Below are positions 10,603 to 20,741 of a DNA stretch of 64,000 bases, piece after piece. Positions within the stretch are counted from its first letter, which is position 1. Every line of letters begins with the position of its first letter. Both the position numbers and the translations under genes were made by a program. The notes beneath the pieces are model-generated. The model searched no databases. It had not been told where the DNA came from and was given only the letters and a program-made list of their open reading frames with translations. This stretch comes from a virus, in the IMG/VR virus record IMGVR_UViG_3300044731_001110, positions 5,147 through 69,146 of that record. One strand, 5' to 3'.

Positions 10603-11346
10603 ATGTTTGTAACTGTATGTAATAAAGATTATCTCATAGGATTTGAGGTAATGTTAAAATCTTTAATTGATAACAACCCAAGAGTTATTAATGATAATTT
10701 ACCTTTTGTAATTATCACAAATGATATAAATCCGGAAGATTTAATCACCTCAAGAAAAATTTATAACAATATACACATAAAAAGATTTGATACTGAAAAA
10801 TATTCTGAAATTGATGAACTAAAGAAAAAACAAATGGCATTTGGTGATTATACTAAATATGAAATTTTTTCTTTGGTTGAGTTTAATAAAATCATATTTT
10901 TAGATTCTGATATTGTTGTATTAGGGAATATTGATTATTTAATTGACTTTGATGGTGATATTGGTGGTGTTAGAGATTTATATATTGATCAGTATAATAC
11001 TGGAGTTTTAGTAATCTCAAAAAAGTACTTATCAGAAAAAATTACAAATGATTTAATACATCTTACAACAATCTATGGTATTACAGAACATCTTGACCAA
11101 GACATAATAAATAATTATTTTTATGATGAAATAACTGAAATACCAGTTTCATATAATTATCTTAAAACATACTCAAAAGAAATTTTTCAAAACACAGGTC
11201 TTCCTAAACATATTAAAATTTTACATTATATTGTAAAAAAACCTTGGCAACAGAAACCATTGGTTTATTTAGAAGAAGGTACAATCTGGCAAGAAAGATA
11301 TTGGTTTGAATATTACTCTAAACTTTTAAAATATAAAAATGATTAA
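10603..11346 (+). CDS. Glycosyltransferase family 8 (glycogenin-like)
   Basis: KYEIF..., IIFLDSD (DxD), YNTGVLV, DQDIIN and ILHY..KPW motifs. Confidence 0.85.
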   Translation: MFVTVCNKDYLIGFEVMLKSLIDNNPRVINDNLPFVIITNDINPEDLITSRKIYNNIHIKRFDTEKYSEIDELKKKQMAFGDYTKYEIFSLVEFNKIIFLDSDIVVLGNIDYLIDFDGDIGGVRDLYIDQYNTGVLVISKKYLSEKITNDLIHLTTIYGITEHLDQDIINNYFYDEITEIPVSYNYLKTYSKEIFQNTGLPKHIKILHYIVKKPWQQKPLVYLEEGTIWQERYWFEYYSKLLKYKND

Positions 11347-12253
11347 AAGACATTATGATAATTCAGAGTTAATGAATTATAAAGAAAGAGAACCTAACTT
11401 AGAAAATTTTGAAGGAAAAGAATTATTATTACATTTTGATTCATTTTGTTTAGGCGATACAATTTGTTTTTCATCATTAATTGATGCTTTTATGGATTAT
11501 CACAAACCAAAATACGTTTGGATAACCACATTTTTTCCGCATTTATTAAAATCTCACAGACCGGATTATAAATTTATAAATGCAAATGAAAGTGGATTTA
11601 TTGAAATTGATAAACTTATTGATGTTGGTTATGATAAAAATAATATAGCCCACACACTTGGTGGAATGTTTTATGCCGCAAAAGACACAATGAGACTACC
11701 ACAGGAAACAAAACCAGGTAAATGTCCCGTAATACCAAAAGTAAGAATTATAAACCCAAAAAAGATTACAATTGGTCCAGAAACAATAAAAGAAATTTCA
11801 CAATGGAATTATGGTGGAACTAGTGGTTGGCAAGAAGTTGTTAATTCATTACATAATGGTGGGTATAATGTTTATAATATTTCTTATGAAAACACAATGA
11901 ATTTACAAAATGTAAAAGGATTTCACGGACACGACGATATAAATGTTGCAATTGACCATATTGTTAGTTCAAGATTTTTTGTTGGGTTATCATCTGGTCT
12001 TTCTTGGGTTGCCTGGGCTTATGGTGTCCCGGTAGTTATGATTTCAAACTTTACAAAAAAACAAAATGAATTTGATTGTTTCAGAGTTACAAACCCATAT
12101 GTTTGTAATGGATGTTTTAATATCTTCCCAAATATAAAAACTAAATGTCCAATATTTCTTGGTACCGATAGGGAAAGTGAATGTCATTTATCAATAACAC
12201 CAGATATGGTTATTGATGAAATAAACAAAGCAATCTTATTTACAAATAATTAA
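11339..12253 (+). CDS. Aah/TibC-like protein O-heptosyltransferase (autotransporter heptosyltransferase family)
   Basis: LGD motif, FVGLSSGLSWVAWAYGVPVVMISNFT, and a four-Cys iron-finger pattern CNGC...CP...ECHLSIT. Confidence 0.75.
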   Translation: MIKRHYDNSELMNYKEREPNLENFEGKELLLHFDSFCLGDTICFSSLIDAFMDYHKPKYVWITTFFPHLLKSHRPDYKFINANESGFIEIDKLIDVGYDKNNIAHTLGGMFYAAKDTMRLPQETKPGKCPVIPKVRIINPKKITIGPETIKEISQWNYGGTSGWQEVVNSLHNGGYNVYNISYENTMNLQNVKGFHGHDDINVAIDHIVSSRFFVGLSSGLSWVAWAYGVPVVMISNFTKKQNEFDCFRVTNPYVCNGCFNIFPNIKTKCPIFLGTDRESECHLSITPDMVIDEINKAILFTNN

Positions 12254-12272
12254 AATTTTATATAATAAAAGT

Positions 12273-13154
12273 ATGGAAAAAAAATATAGTATTTTTCACC
12301 TTGAGGGTGGTTTAGGAAAACACGTACTATCAACCGCTGTTGCAAAATGTATTAAAAACAATCACCCAGATAGAGAATTAATTATTGTTTGTGCATATCC
12401 GGAGGTATTTTTAAATTTAGATTTTGTTGACAGAGTTTATAGAATTGGTATGACACCATATTTTTATGATGATTATATTAAAAATAAAGAAAGTTTAATA
12501 TTTAAACACGAACCATATTTTACATCTGATCACATAAATAAAAAATTACCACTTATAATTAATTGGTGTAAATTACTTGGTCTTGATTATAATAATGAAC
12601 AACCGGTACTATCTTTTAATTTAAGACAACAACAAATTGCAAATGCAAAATGGAAAAGAGAAAAACCGGTAATGGTTATTCAAACAAATGGTGGACCACT
12701 ACAAGAACAACCATACCCATATTCTTGGACAAGAGATATTCCATATGATGTTGCACAAAACATTGTAAATCATTTTTCAAACTACTACCACATAATTCAA
12801 ATTTGTAGGGACCAATCAAATGTTTTACAAAATGTTGAGGCTCATTTTGAACCAATGTCAAATATGGAATTATTTTCATTATTAGCTTATGCACAAAAAA
12901 GGTTATTAATTGATTCTTGTTTACAGCATGCTGCAGCAGCAATGAAATTACCATCAACAGTATTATGGATTGGTACATCACCAGTTGTGTTTGGTTATAA
13001 TATGCACAATAATATTACTGCTGAATTACCAAATACAGTTAAATTACCAGATAGTTATTTATTTGACTATAACTTTAATGGTATGGTTCACGAGTGTCCT
13101 TTATTTGATACAAACATATTCAATATAAATGAAATAATAGAAAGTTTAAAATAA
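12273..13154 (+). CDS. GT9-like (heptosyltransferase fold) glycosyltransferase
   Basis: N-terminal GGLG and C-terminal IDSCLQHAAAAMKLPSTVLWIGT motif typical of GT9. Confidence 0.7.
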   Translation: MEKKYSIFHLEGGLGKHVLSTAVAKCIKNNHPDRELIIVCAYPEVFLNLDFVDRVYRIGMTPYFYDDYIKNKESLIFKHEPYFTSDHINKKLPLIINWCKLLGLDYNNEQPVLSFNLRQQQIANAKWKREKPVMVIQTNGGPLQEQPYPYSWTRDIPYDVAQNIVNHFSNYYHIIQICRDQSNVLQNVEAHFEPMSNMELFSLLAYAQKRLLIDSCLQHAAAAMKLPSTVLWIGTSPVVFGYNMHNNITAELPNTVKLPDSYLFDYNFNGMVHECPLFDTNIFNINEIIESLK

Positions 13155-13159
13155 TAATT

Positions 13160-13978
13160 ATGGTACAAAAAATCTTTTTTCAAAGCTCACTACCAAGAGC
13201 TGGTTCAACATTACTTCAAAACGTAATGGGACAAAACCCAGAATTTTATGTAACACCAACATCTGGGGTATTAGAATTGGTGTATGCCGCTAGAGCAAAT
13301 TACACATCATCACCGGAATTTAAAGCACAAAATCCAAATTTAATGAGAAACGGATTTTTAAATTTTTGTAAAGAAGGTATCTTTGGGTACTACAATGGAA
13401 TAACAGATAAACCTTACGTTTTAGATAAAAGTAGAGGTTGGGGTGTTCATTATGGATTTTTAAATTCTTTTTATCCAGAACCAAAAATTATTTGTATGGT
13501 TAGGGATTTAAGAGGAATTTTTGCATCAATGGAGAAAAACTTTAGAAAGAATCAAGATAAAGATTCTGGTCTTGTTAATCATGCACAAATGCAAGGAACA
13601 ACAACAGAAAAAAGAATTGATATCTGGGCTCAATCACAACCGGTTGGTATGGCAATTGAGAGATTATATCAAATACATAAAGAAGGCATTAATCAAAAGA
13701 TGTTATTTGTAAAATTTGAGGATTTTACATCGAATCCAAAAAAAGAAATGGAAAGAATTTACCAATACTTGGGTCTTCCTTATTTTGAACACGATTTTAA
13801 TAATGTAGAACAAATTACACAAGAGGATGATTCTGTATATGGTATATATGGTGACCACACAATAAAAAGTAAAATAGAACCAATTAAACCAGATTATAAA
13901 GAAGTTTTAGGTGTTAACGCATCTAACTGGGTTAAATCTAATTATCAATGGTTTTATGATCAATTCGGTTATTTTTGA
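13160..13978 (+). CDS. PAPS-dependent sulfotransferase
   Basis: 5'-PSB loop SLPRAGSTLL, LDKSR, 3'-PB IICMVRDLRGIFAS, VKFEDF. Confidence 0.85.
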   Translation: MVQKIFFQSSLPRAGSTLLQNVMGQNPEFYVTPTSGVLELVYAARANYTSSPEFKAQNPNLMRNGFLNFCKEGIFGYYNGITDKPYVLDKSRGWGVHYGFLNSFYPEPKIICMVRDLRGIFASMEKNFRKNQDKDSGLVNHAQMQGTTTEKRIDIWAQSQPVGMAIERLYQIHKEGINQKMLFVKFEDFTSNPKKEMERIYQYLGLPYFEHDFNNVEQITQEDDSVYGIYGDHTIKSKIEPIKPDYKEVLGVNASNWVKSNYQWFYDQFGYF

Positions 13979-13981
13979 TTT

Positions 13982-14437
13982 ATGAAAGAGAAAAAAATAT
14001 ATTGGTTTACCGGTCAACCAGGAGCAGGAAAAACGGTTTTAGCTTTAATGTTAAAAACAATTTTAGAAAAAGAATATGGAAATAATGTTTTTCATATTGA
14101 TGGTGATGAATTAAGAAGACTATTTAACAATCAAAAATACGGTAGAGAAGGTCGTGAAGAAAATATTAAACGAGCTCAAGATATTGCCAAGTTTCTTTTG
14201 GTACAAGGTTATGATGTTGTTGTTAGTCTTGTAGCACCTTATAAAGAATTAAGAGAAAGTTTTAAATATGATTTACAAAATTTATTAGTTGAATTTTATG
14301 TTCATACAACAGATGTTAGGGGTAGAGAACATTTTCATACTGATGAATATGAATCACCAACAGAAAACTTCATTGACATTGATACGACAAATATTGATCC
14401 GCAAGAATCATTAAATCAAATTATTAAATATATATGA
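13982..14437 (+). CDS. cysC: Adenylyl-sulfate (APS) kinase, short form
   Basis: WFTGQPGAGKT P-loop, IDGDELR, GREENIKR, VVVSLVAPY, YESP. Confidence 0.8.
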   Translation: MKEKKIYWFTGQPGAGKTVLALMLKTILEKEYGNNVFHIDGDELRRLFNNQKYGREGREENIKRAQDIAKFLLVQGYDVVVSLVAPYKELRESFKYDLQNLLVEFYVHTTDVRGREHFHTDEYESPTENFIDIDTTNIDPQESLNQIIKYI

Positions 14438-14898
14438 CTTGGTCTGTAAAAAATCACGGTGGATTCCCAACATCAAACACCGATAAAAAATATGCAATAT
14501 TTATAGGTAGATTCCAACCCTATCATTTAGGACATATCGAAATGGTACAACAAAAATTAAACGAAGGTATACCGGCATTAGTTATGGTTAGGGACATTGA
14601 ACCTGACGAGAAAAATCCTTTTACAACAGAACAAACAGTATCAATGATTGAAAAATATCATAAATCAAAAGGTGATGATGTAAAAGTTGTTATTATTCCA
14701 GATATAGAGTCTGTTAATTACGGTCGTGGTGTTGGTTATGAAATAAATGAGTTTACACCACCAAAAGACATTGGTGGTATTTCTGCAACCGGAATTAGAA
14801 ATTGTATTAAAAATAATGATGAATATTGGAAAAAATTGGTTGATGAGTCAATACAAGAAGATGTTGTAAACTATTTAAATTATGAAAACACAAAGTAA
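14434..14898 (+). CDS. HIGH-motif nucleotidyltransferase (NadM/cytidylyltransferase-like)
   Basis: FIGRFQPYHLGH, KNPFT and ISATGIR motifs. Confidence 0.8.
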   Translation: MTWSVKNHGGFPTSNTDKKYAIFIGRFQPYHLGHIEMVQQKLNEGIPALVMVRDIEPDEKNPFTTEQTVSMIEKYHKSKGDDVKVVIIPDIESVNYGRGVGYEINEFTPPKDIGGISATGIRNCIKNNDEYWKKLVDESIQEDVVNYLNYENTK

Positions 14899-15322
14899 AA
14901 CTTATCAAATTAGGTATAATACGATATCAAAAAACGATACCGAAAGATGGCGACTCATTGAGAATGGAAATGAAATTTTAGTTTCCGATATTATAATTGA
15001 TGGTCACACAAATACAACAAAAGACTGGATGCCAGAAATAAATGATTATAAATGGCATATAAGTTGTGTTGGTCATTGTGTTGTTAAAGACAATATTGCA
15101 TACATTACAACAATAAAGGAAGAGTCTGTTGTTGTTAGACATATTTTAAAAACATTAACATATAGATTTTTTGCTACTTTAACAACAATTACAACAGCTC
15201 TTTTACTTGGTGCGTCAGTTGAGGTTTCATCATTAATTGGTTTAGGTGAGTTATTAGTAAAACCAATTATTTATTTTTTACACGAAAGAGTGTGGTATAA
15301 ATTAATTAAAATTAAAAAATAA
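14882..15322 (+). CDS. Protein with C-terminal DUF2061-like membrane domain
   Basis: RHILKTLTYRFFAT...KPIIYFLHERVW pattern with two hydrophobic segments. Confidence 0.65.
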   Translation: MKTQSKTYQIRYNTISKNDTERWRLIENGNEILVSDIIIDGHTNTTKDWMPEINDYKWHISCVGHCVVKDNIAYITTIKEESVVVRHILKTLTYRFFATLTTITTALLLGASVEVSSLIGLGELLVKPIIYFLHERVWYKLIKIKK

Positions 15323-15353
15323 GTTTATTTCATTGTATTTATAAAAAAATACA

Positions 15354-16331
15354 ATGAGTCAAATAATTACAATACAAAGTATAAATTTTGATGGCGAAAT
15401 AGCTAATATTTTATTTAAGCCAGACAATTCGGATATCACAATAAATTTAGGTGATGTAACATTACCTTTTGTTTTTGATCCTAGTTTGTTAACACCATCA
15501 AGAGAGGTTTATGGTTTTTATACAATTTTGGTTGAGGGTTTAGATTGTCCAAATGTTTTGAATGTACCAAGACTCACACCAACACCTACGCCAACAAGTA
15601 CTCCTACAAGAACACCAACTCCGACTCCAACGACAACACCAACAAATACTCCGTCTAATACACCGACGAATACACCAACTCCTACACCAACAAATACTTC
15701 GACGGCAACACCGACGGCAACACCAACTCCTACACCAACTCCTACTTGGGATTTGTGTGTAACACCGTTGCCACCAAATTTTACTCCGTCTAATACACCA
15801 ACTAATACACCAACACCAACAAGGACACCAACTAATACACCAACACCAACAAGGACACCGGATTGTTACCCAACTCAAACAGCTACGGCAACACCTACTG
15901 CAACACCTACAAGGACTCCAACACCGACTCCTACAAGGACTCCAACACCGACTCCAACACCTGGTGTTACAGTAACTCCAACACCATCACCAGTTCCTGC
16001 ACCATCAAGAATTTACTATGGTAAATTCACCGGTTCAACAGTGACAAGTGGTGATATATTAACATTTAATGTTGTTGTTACAAATGACCCAACAAATTCA
16101 TATGTAACATTTAATACTGGTAGTGCGTATGGGTATATTTTAATACCAAATTCATTACCTCAACCATCTGAGTTTAGAGATAGTAATACTGGTTGTTCTG
16201 GTAGTAATATACCGATAAATAATATTGGTACAGTTGTAATTGTAGATGCAAATGGTTTTTCAATAACATATAACATATATAGGACATTCTTCAGTTTCTT
16301 TGGTCAAGTTGATTGCTGGATGTGCGTTTAA
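15354..16331 (+). CDS. Putative virion protein with a long mucin-like Pro/Thr (PT)n region
   Basis: About 140 aa of TPTPTxT repeats between two globular domains; TATTTAT at 15336-15342. Confidence 0.75.
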   Translation: MSQIITIQSINFDGEIANILFKPDNSDITINLGDVTLPFVFDPSLLTPSREVYGFYTILVEGLDCPNVLNVPRLTPTPTPTSTPTRTPTPTPTTTPTNTPSNTPTNTPTPTPTNTSTATPTATPTPTPTPTWDLCVTPLPPNFTPSNTPTNTPTPTRTPTNTPTPTRTPDCYPTQTATATPTATPTRTPTPTPTRTPTPTPTPGVTVTPTPSPVPAPSRIYYGKFTGSTVTSGDILTFNVVVTNDPTNSYVTFNTGSAYGYILIPNSLPQPSEFRDSNTGCSGSNIPINNIGTVVIVDANGFSITYNIYRTFFSFFGQVDCWMCV

Positions 16332-16342
16332 ATAAATAAATT

Positions 16343-19084
16343 ATGATGAGTTTTTATCTTTCTGGTGGGGTTGAGGTTCTTGGTTTTATATCACCAACAG
16401 AACCAACGGATGAATATCCGGTAATAGATCCTTTATATGGTATTGATGGTTTTAGAAACGTTAATACATTATCTGACTTAAACTCTATCCCAAATCTAAG
16501 AAGAAGAGCTGGGATGGTTGTTGGGGTTAGTGGTGGTGCCCAATATTATAAATTAAATCCTTCGCCATGGAATGGATCAATAACTGATTGGTCAATATTT
16601 AATTCTGGAAGTGGTGGTGGTGAAACATTCACTGGTGGTACCGTAACTGGTGATACAATATTTACACAAGGAGTTACAGCTACAACATTTTCAGCAGCGA
16701 CATATCTTGGATTACCTTTAGATGTTTATGTAACTGGTGGTACGTACTCAAACGGTATTTTAACTTTCACAAATAATAGTGGCGGAACATTTAATGTTAT
16801 TGGTTTAAACACAGGAACAACAATAAACTTAAGTGGTGGTACTGGTATTTCTGTAAGTGGAACAAGCCCAAACTTTATAGTTGAAAACACATTACCAGAC
16901 CAAATTGTAAATTTAAGTGGTGGGACTAATATAAATGTAACTGGCACGTACCCAAACTTTGGAATTGAATTTACTGGGGTTGCGTCTAGTTCTTTTACTG
17001 GTGGGACCGTTACTGGTGATACAATTTTTACTCAAGGAGTTACCGCAACAACAATTAGTGCTACAACATATCAAAATTTACCATTAGATGTTTATGTAAC
17101 TGGAGGTACATATTCAAATGGAGCAATTGTATTTACAAATAATAGTGGTAGTACATTTAATGTTACCGGTCTTTATACCGGTCAAACAAGTTATGTAAAC
17201 TCATTAACAACTGGTGTTGGCTTATCAGCCGATACAACAACTGGTAATATAACAATTATAAATACAGATCCGGACCAAACTGTAACATTAAGTGGTGGAA
17301 CCGGAATATTAACCGGGGGAACATATCCTAATTTTACAATAGAAAATAGTTTACCAGACCAAACAGTTGTTTTAAATAATGGGTCAAACATTAGTGTTAC
17401 CGGAACATACCCAAACTTTACAATTGATGTTACCGGTCTTACGGATAATGATATATACGTTACTGGTTTTACATATGATAATAATAACACTTTTACTATA
17501 AGTCAAAATTCTGGTACACCTTTAACTGCAACAATAAATGTTGTATCAGGTTTAACAGTTAATGGTGATTTAATTATTACTGGAAATACAACTTTAAATA
17601 CTTTATCAGCAACAACAATTGGTAGTAGTGGTGATTGTGTTAATGACATTTATGTGTCAAACATTCATTCTTGTTCACCGTTAAATATAAATCCATTAGA
17701 CGAAGGTAATGTATATTTTGGATCAACAAGTGGTGTTACAATTGATTTAACTAATACAAGAATTGGTATTGGAACAATAAGTCCTCAAGCTAAACTACAC
17801 GTAAGTGGTGATACATTAATTAGTGGTAACACTTCTACCGATATGTTACGTATAACCCAAACTGGAACAGGAAACGCGTTTGTTGTTGAAGATTCAACAA
17901 ATCCTGATACAACACCTTTCATAATAAATTCTGCGGGTACTACAAATATAGGTTCAACTAACGTTTATACCGACTCAACAAATTTAGCGGCAAAATTACA
18001 AGTATCTAATGGAGTGTTTGGTGGGTCATTGTCAGGATTAGCATCAAGTACAACGGCAATTATACAAGCTAATACAACAAACTCTTTAGGTTTATTATCG
18101 CCAAACGCAAATACATCAACATTATATTTAGGCACACCATCAGATGTTTATGGGTCAATAATGCAATGGCAATACACAAATAAAAGACTTTATTTTGGTA
18201 CTCAATCAAGTAATAGTCAAATAAGATTTACAACTGGTGCTGGGACTGAGAGAGTTATTTTTGATGAGAATGGTAATGTGGGTATTGGTACATTATCCCC
18301 AACTGAAAAACTACAAGTATCTGGTAACGCGTTAATATCAGGAAATTTAACTGCAACAACAATTAGTGCTACAACATATCAAAATTTACCAACAGATATT
18401 AGAGTTACTGGTGCTACATACTCAAATAATAATTTTACATTCACAAATAATACTGGTGGTACTTTTAATGTGTCATTTAATAGTGTAACAGGATTAACTG
18501 TTAATGGAAATTTAACTGTTACTGGTAATACAAATGTTAGAGCGGTAACAGGAACAACAGCATTATTTTCGGGTTCCGGACAAAATATTTTAACAGTAAT
18601 TGGTTCTGGTAATACAACATCATCACCATTATTTACAGTTCAAGGATCAAGTGGTGAATTATTTAGTGTTACAGATAGTTTAGTTGGTTCATTATATAGT
18701 GTTAATGATATATCCGGATTACCAATTTTGGAAGTATTTTCAGATAATACAATATTGATGGGGTCATATCAAGCACCATCATTAAATACAACAACAAAAG
18801 TTACAGCTACAACTGGAACAACAAATGTATACTCAATACCAACAAGTGCCTATACCGGAGCTTTCTTTGATTACATAGTAAGTGATGGTACAAATTTAAG
18901 AGCTGGAAATATTATGTCCATATGGAGTGGTTCATCAGTTAATTATACAGAAACACAAACAACAGATTTTGGTAATACATCTGGATTAACATTTAATATG
19001 GTTGTATCAAGTGGTAATGCAATTTTAAGAACTTCTGGTGTAACTGGTAACTGGACTGTTAAAACAATTGTAAGGAGTATATAA
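16343..19084 (+). CDS. Tail fibre-like protein (913 aa)
   Basis: N-terminal IPNLRRRAGMVV motif, VTGGTY repeats, IGIGT/GNVGIGT repeats and internal duplications. Confidence 0.7.
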   Translation: MMSFYLSGGVEVLGFISPTEPTDEYPVIDPLYGIDGFRNVNTLSDLNSIPNLRRRAGMVVGVSGGAQYYKLNPSPWNGSITDWSIFNSGSGGGETFTGGTVTGDTIFTQGVTATTFSAATYLGLPLDVYVTGGTYSNGILTFTNNSGGTFNVIGLNTGTTINLSGGTGISVSGTSPNFIVENTLPDQIVNLSGGTNINVTGTYPNFGIEFTGVASSSFTGGTVTGDTIFTQGVTATTISATTYQNLPLDVYVTGGTYSNGAIVFTNNSGSTFNVTGLYTGQTSYVNSLTTGVGLSADTTTGNITIINTDPDQTVTLSGGTGILTGGTYPNFTIENSLPDQTVVLNNGSNISVTGTYPNFTIDVTGLTDNDIYVTGFTYDNNNTFTISQNSGTPLTATINVVSGLTVNGDLIITGNTTLNTLSATTIGSSGDCVNDIYVSNIHSCSPLNINPLDEGNVYFGSTSGVTIDLTNTRIGIGTISPQAKLHVSGDTLISGNTSTDMLRITQTGTGNAFVVEDSTNPDTTPFIINSAGTTNIGSTNVYTDSTNLAAKLQVSNGVFGGSLSGLASSTTAIIQANTTNSLGLLSPNANTSTLYLGTPSDVYGSIMQWQYTNKRLYFGTQSSNSQIRFTTGAGTERVIFDENGNVGIGTLSPTEKLQVSGNALISGNLTATTISATTYQNLPTDIRVTGATYSNNNFTFTNNTGGTFNVSFNSVTGLTVNGNLTVTGNTNVRAVTGTTALFSGSGQNILTVIGSGNTTSSPLFTVQGSSGELFSVTDSLVGSLYSVNDISGLPILEVFSDNTILMGSYQAPSLNTTTKVTATTGTTNVYSIPTSAYTGAFFDYIVSDGTNLRAGNIMSIWSGSSVNYTETQTTDFGNTSGLTFNMVVSSGNAILRTSGVTGNWTVKTIVRSI
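17045..18391 (+). repeat. Exact 39-nt direct repeat within the fibre gene (17045-17083 and 18353-18391)
   Basis: GCAACAACAATTAGTGCTACAACATATCAAAATTTACCA read at both sites. Confidence 0.85.
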
Positions 19085-19086
19085 AA

Positions 19087-19758
19087 ATGGCACATAATTA
19101 TTCACCTAAAATAATAACTGAAGGTCTTGTATTATATCTTGATGGTGCAAATACTCGTTCATATCTTGGTAGTGGTACTGCTTGGGTGGATTTATCTCGC
19201 GGTGGAAATAATGGTACATTAACTAATGGCCCTACGTTTAATAGTGGAAATGGTGGAAATATTTTATTTGATGGTACGGATGATTATGTTAATATTGGCA
19301 CTCAAGATTTAGGAATAACAAGAGATTTTACAATAAGTTTCTGGGCAAACATAACAAAAAATGGTGTTGTTGAAATATTTAATAAAGGGTATAATATCCC
19401 GGATTATGGAATTTATTTAGCTAAAGTAACGTCAAATAAATTAACATTACAATCTTACCCATTTTTAAATCTAGATACTATTTCTACTGTATCATCTGGT
19501 ATTACATACTATACAGCGGTTAGAAGTAATACAAATTGTTATTGGTATATAAATGGGGTACAAGACAATAGTACCGTTATTGTTTCTACAAATATAAATC
19601 AATCTAATTTAAAACAATGGAGAATAGGTAGTAATTTTGATGTGGTAAGACCAACTTTTGGTGGTAATATATATTCTTTTAGTGTATATAATAAAGGTTT
19701 AACACAAACTGAAGTTTTACAAAACTATAACACAACTAAATCAAGATTTGGACTATAA
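19087..19758 (+). CDS. LamG/concanavalin A-like domain protein (1 of 3)
   Basis: GLVLYLDG..SY.G.G..W.DLS, FDGTDDYV, YINGV, YNKGL..EVLQNYN. Confidence 0.8.
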   Translation: MAHNYSPKIITEGLVLYLDGANTRSYLGSGTAWVDLSRGGNNGTLTNGPTFNSGNGGNILFDGTDDYVNIGTQDLGITRDFTISFWANITKNGVVEIFNKGYNIPDYGIYLAKVTSNKLTLQSYPFLNLDTISTVSSGITYYTAVRSNTNCYWYINGVQDNSTVIVSTNINQSNLKQWRIGSNFDVVRPTFGGNIYSFSVYNKGLTQTEVLQNYNTTKSRFGL

Positions 19759-20474
19759 TGGCTGGAAGAGTATCATATTACGGAAACATAGTAAAAGATG
19801 GTTTAGTGTTAGATTTAGATGCTGCTAAGTTACAATCATACCCAAGAACCGGAACATTATGGAATGATATAAGTGGATTTCAAAATAACGGCACATTAAC
19901 TAATGGACCGACATTTAATAGTGTAAATGGCGGTAGCATTGTTTTTGATGGGACAAATGATTATGTGGATTGTGGTAACGGATCCTCAACTATGTTAACA
20001 ACTAATGGAACATTATCTGTTTGGTGTAAAATTAACACATATACAGGGACAACACCATATTGGAGTATTGTTGGTAGGGGCGGTGAGGCCGGTTTTGATA
20101 CTAATGGTTATACCATTTGGTATTGGAATGAGTTTGGTAGGATATCGGGAACCATTGCAAATAGATCACCCATTGAAAGATTAAGTATAACAAATAGTTT
20201 TGGTACATCAGGTTCGGTAGGTAATAATATTACTAATTTTACAATGACTTGGGATATGACAAGTCTTAAAATATTTACTAATGGAGTTTTAATTTCAACT
20301 AACTTATATTCTTTTGGTGCTGGTGACACTACATCAACTTCTTTTTTTGTCGGTAAGGGACCTCTTAATCGTTACGCACCCGTCAATGTATATCAAACAT
20401 TGGTCTACAATAGAACATTATCTAACGCCGAAGTTTTACAAAACTATAATGCAACTAAAGGAAGATATTTATAA
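19758..20474 (+). CDS. LamG/concanavalin A-like domain protein (2 of 3)
   Basis: Same conserved termini as 19087; start overlaps the previous stop. Confidence 0.8.
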   Translation: MAGRVSYYGNIVKDGLVLDLDAAKLQSYPRTGTLWNDISGFQNNGTLTNGPTFNSVNGGSIVFDGTNDYVDCGNGSSTMLTTNGTLSVWCKINTYTGTTPYWSIVGRGGEAGFDTNGYTIWYWNEFGRISGTIANRSPIERLSITNSFGTSGSVGNNITNFTMTWDMTSLKIFTNGVLISTNLYSFGAGDTTSTSFFVGKGPLNRYAPVNVYQTLVYNRTLSNAEVLQNYNATKGRYL

Positions 20475-20477
20475 TAT

Positions 20478-20741
20478 ATGGAAACACAAGATTACGAACA
20501 AAGACAATTTATGATATTTAATGTATCAGAATTAACTAACATTGATTTTTCACAAGTATTAGAAACATCAATTGACACAGTTAGAAAAAGTATTGACGAA
20601 ACTAAAACATTTGTAAAATGGGATGGTGATACAATTCCGTCAAGTGTTGATAGTTTAACAACAAAAGAAGGTCCTTATACCTATCAAGAAATTATTGATA
20701 TTTTAAATACACCAGAGTGGACATCAAATGAAATGATATGA
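20478..20741 (+). CDS. Small acidic hypothetical protein within the LamG cluster
   Basis: 87-aa ORF tightly packed between LamG genes; TATTTAT at 20466-20472. Confidence 0.7.
   Translation: METQDYEQRQFMIFNVSELTNIDFSQVLETSIDTVRKSIDETKTFVKWDGDTIPSSVDSLTTKEGPYTYQEIIDILNTPEWTSNEMI

Noticed and set aside
10603-15322. DNA hypermodification cluster or captured host LPS locus
   Set aside because: No base hydroxymethylase or similar enzymes nearby, no flippase/polymerase genes, and the cluster is embedded among virion genes. Not fully excluded
15540-15878. Minus-strand Trp/Cys/Arg-rich ORF (WCRSWC...)
   Set aside because: Antisense shadow of the Pro/Thr codon repeats in ORF 15354
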